Shown here: piece after piece, positions 63,587 through 64,000 of the stretch
How the letters are laid out: each line of letters opens with the position of its first letter
How positions within the stretch are numbered: position 1 is the first letter of the stretch
From: Guillardia theta CCMP2712
Taxonomy: Eukaryota > Protista > Cryptophyta
NCBI RefSeq assembly: GCF_000315625.1
Contig: NW_005434659.1
Span: 823,848 to 887,847 of the forward strand
Direction of reading: 5' to 3'
DNA length: 64,000 nt
Program-made: the position numbers and the translations under genes
The notes under the pieces: model-generated
Told to the model about the DNA's origin: nothing
Database searches by the model: none
What the model saw: the letters and a program-made list of their open reading frames with translations, nothing else

Positions 63587-64000
63587 ATGAAGAAGAAGAA
63601 GAAGAAGAAGAAGAAGAAGAAGAAGAAGAAGATGATGATGATGATGAAGATGAAGATGATGATGAAGAAGAAGATAATGATGATGAGGAGGAGATCACAT
63701 ATTTTTTCGAGACATAATAACATCGTTAGATCTGCTTTCTTTTCCTTCTTACCTTCCCTCTCATGCGATGCAAACTCCAGAGTTCGAGTTGGTGGTAGTG
63801 CCAAAGATGTCAAAGCAAGCAGACATGACATTGAGAATGTTGAGAAGAGGAAAACTGCAGAGCAGGGGTAGGCGCTGACGATGGTGATGGAGAAAAATAA
63901 GAACCAGAGATTGAGGAATAGGAGGAGTAAGAGGAGGAGGAGGAGGAGGAGGAGGAGGAGGAGGAGGAGGAGGAGGAGGAGGAGGAGGAGGAGGAGGAGG
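63587..64000. repeat. (GAA)n/(GAT)n and terminal (GAG)n microsatellites
   Basis: Seen directly at 63587-63690 and 63931-64000. Confidence 0.95.

Overview
Eukaryotic nuclear DNA with short GT-AG introns and microsatellite-rich introns. The gene style suggests a cryptophyte alga such as Guillardia theta (inference). Host genes from left to right: the N-terminal part of DNA-PKcs (-, runs off the window), a Cys-rich probably GPI-anchored surface protein (-), an Sfi1-like hypothetical (-), a 13-kb VPS13 with near-identical internal repeats (+), a signal-peptide/LRLRGG RRM protein (-), CWC2 (+), a Zn2Cys6 protein with a START-like domain (-), COQ8/ABC1 (+, gapped), a large TSP1/EGF/Cys-rich/C-type-lectin surface protein with rearranged variant lectin cassettes downstream (-), and a cytochrome-b5 front-end fatty-acid desaturase (+). 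About 45.5-60 kb is an intronless, partly decayed island resembling a giant virus (NCLDV). It carries a split AEP primase/UL9-like helicase, RING, CoiA-like nuclease and an Mre11-Rad50 fusion, plus direct repeats and tandem arrays, and it is invaded by a truncated Ty3/gypsy LTR element. All calls come from reading motifs by eye with no database search; multi-exon boundaries are approximate.
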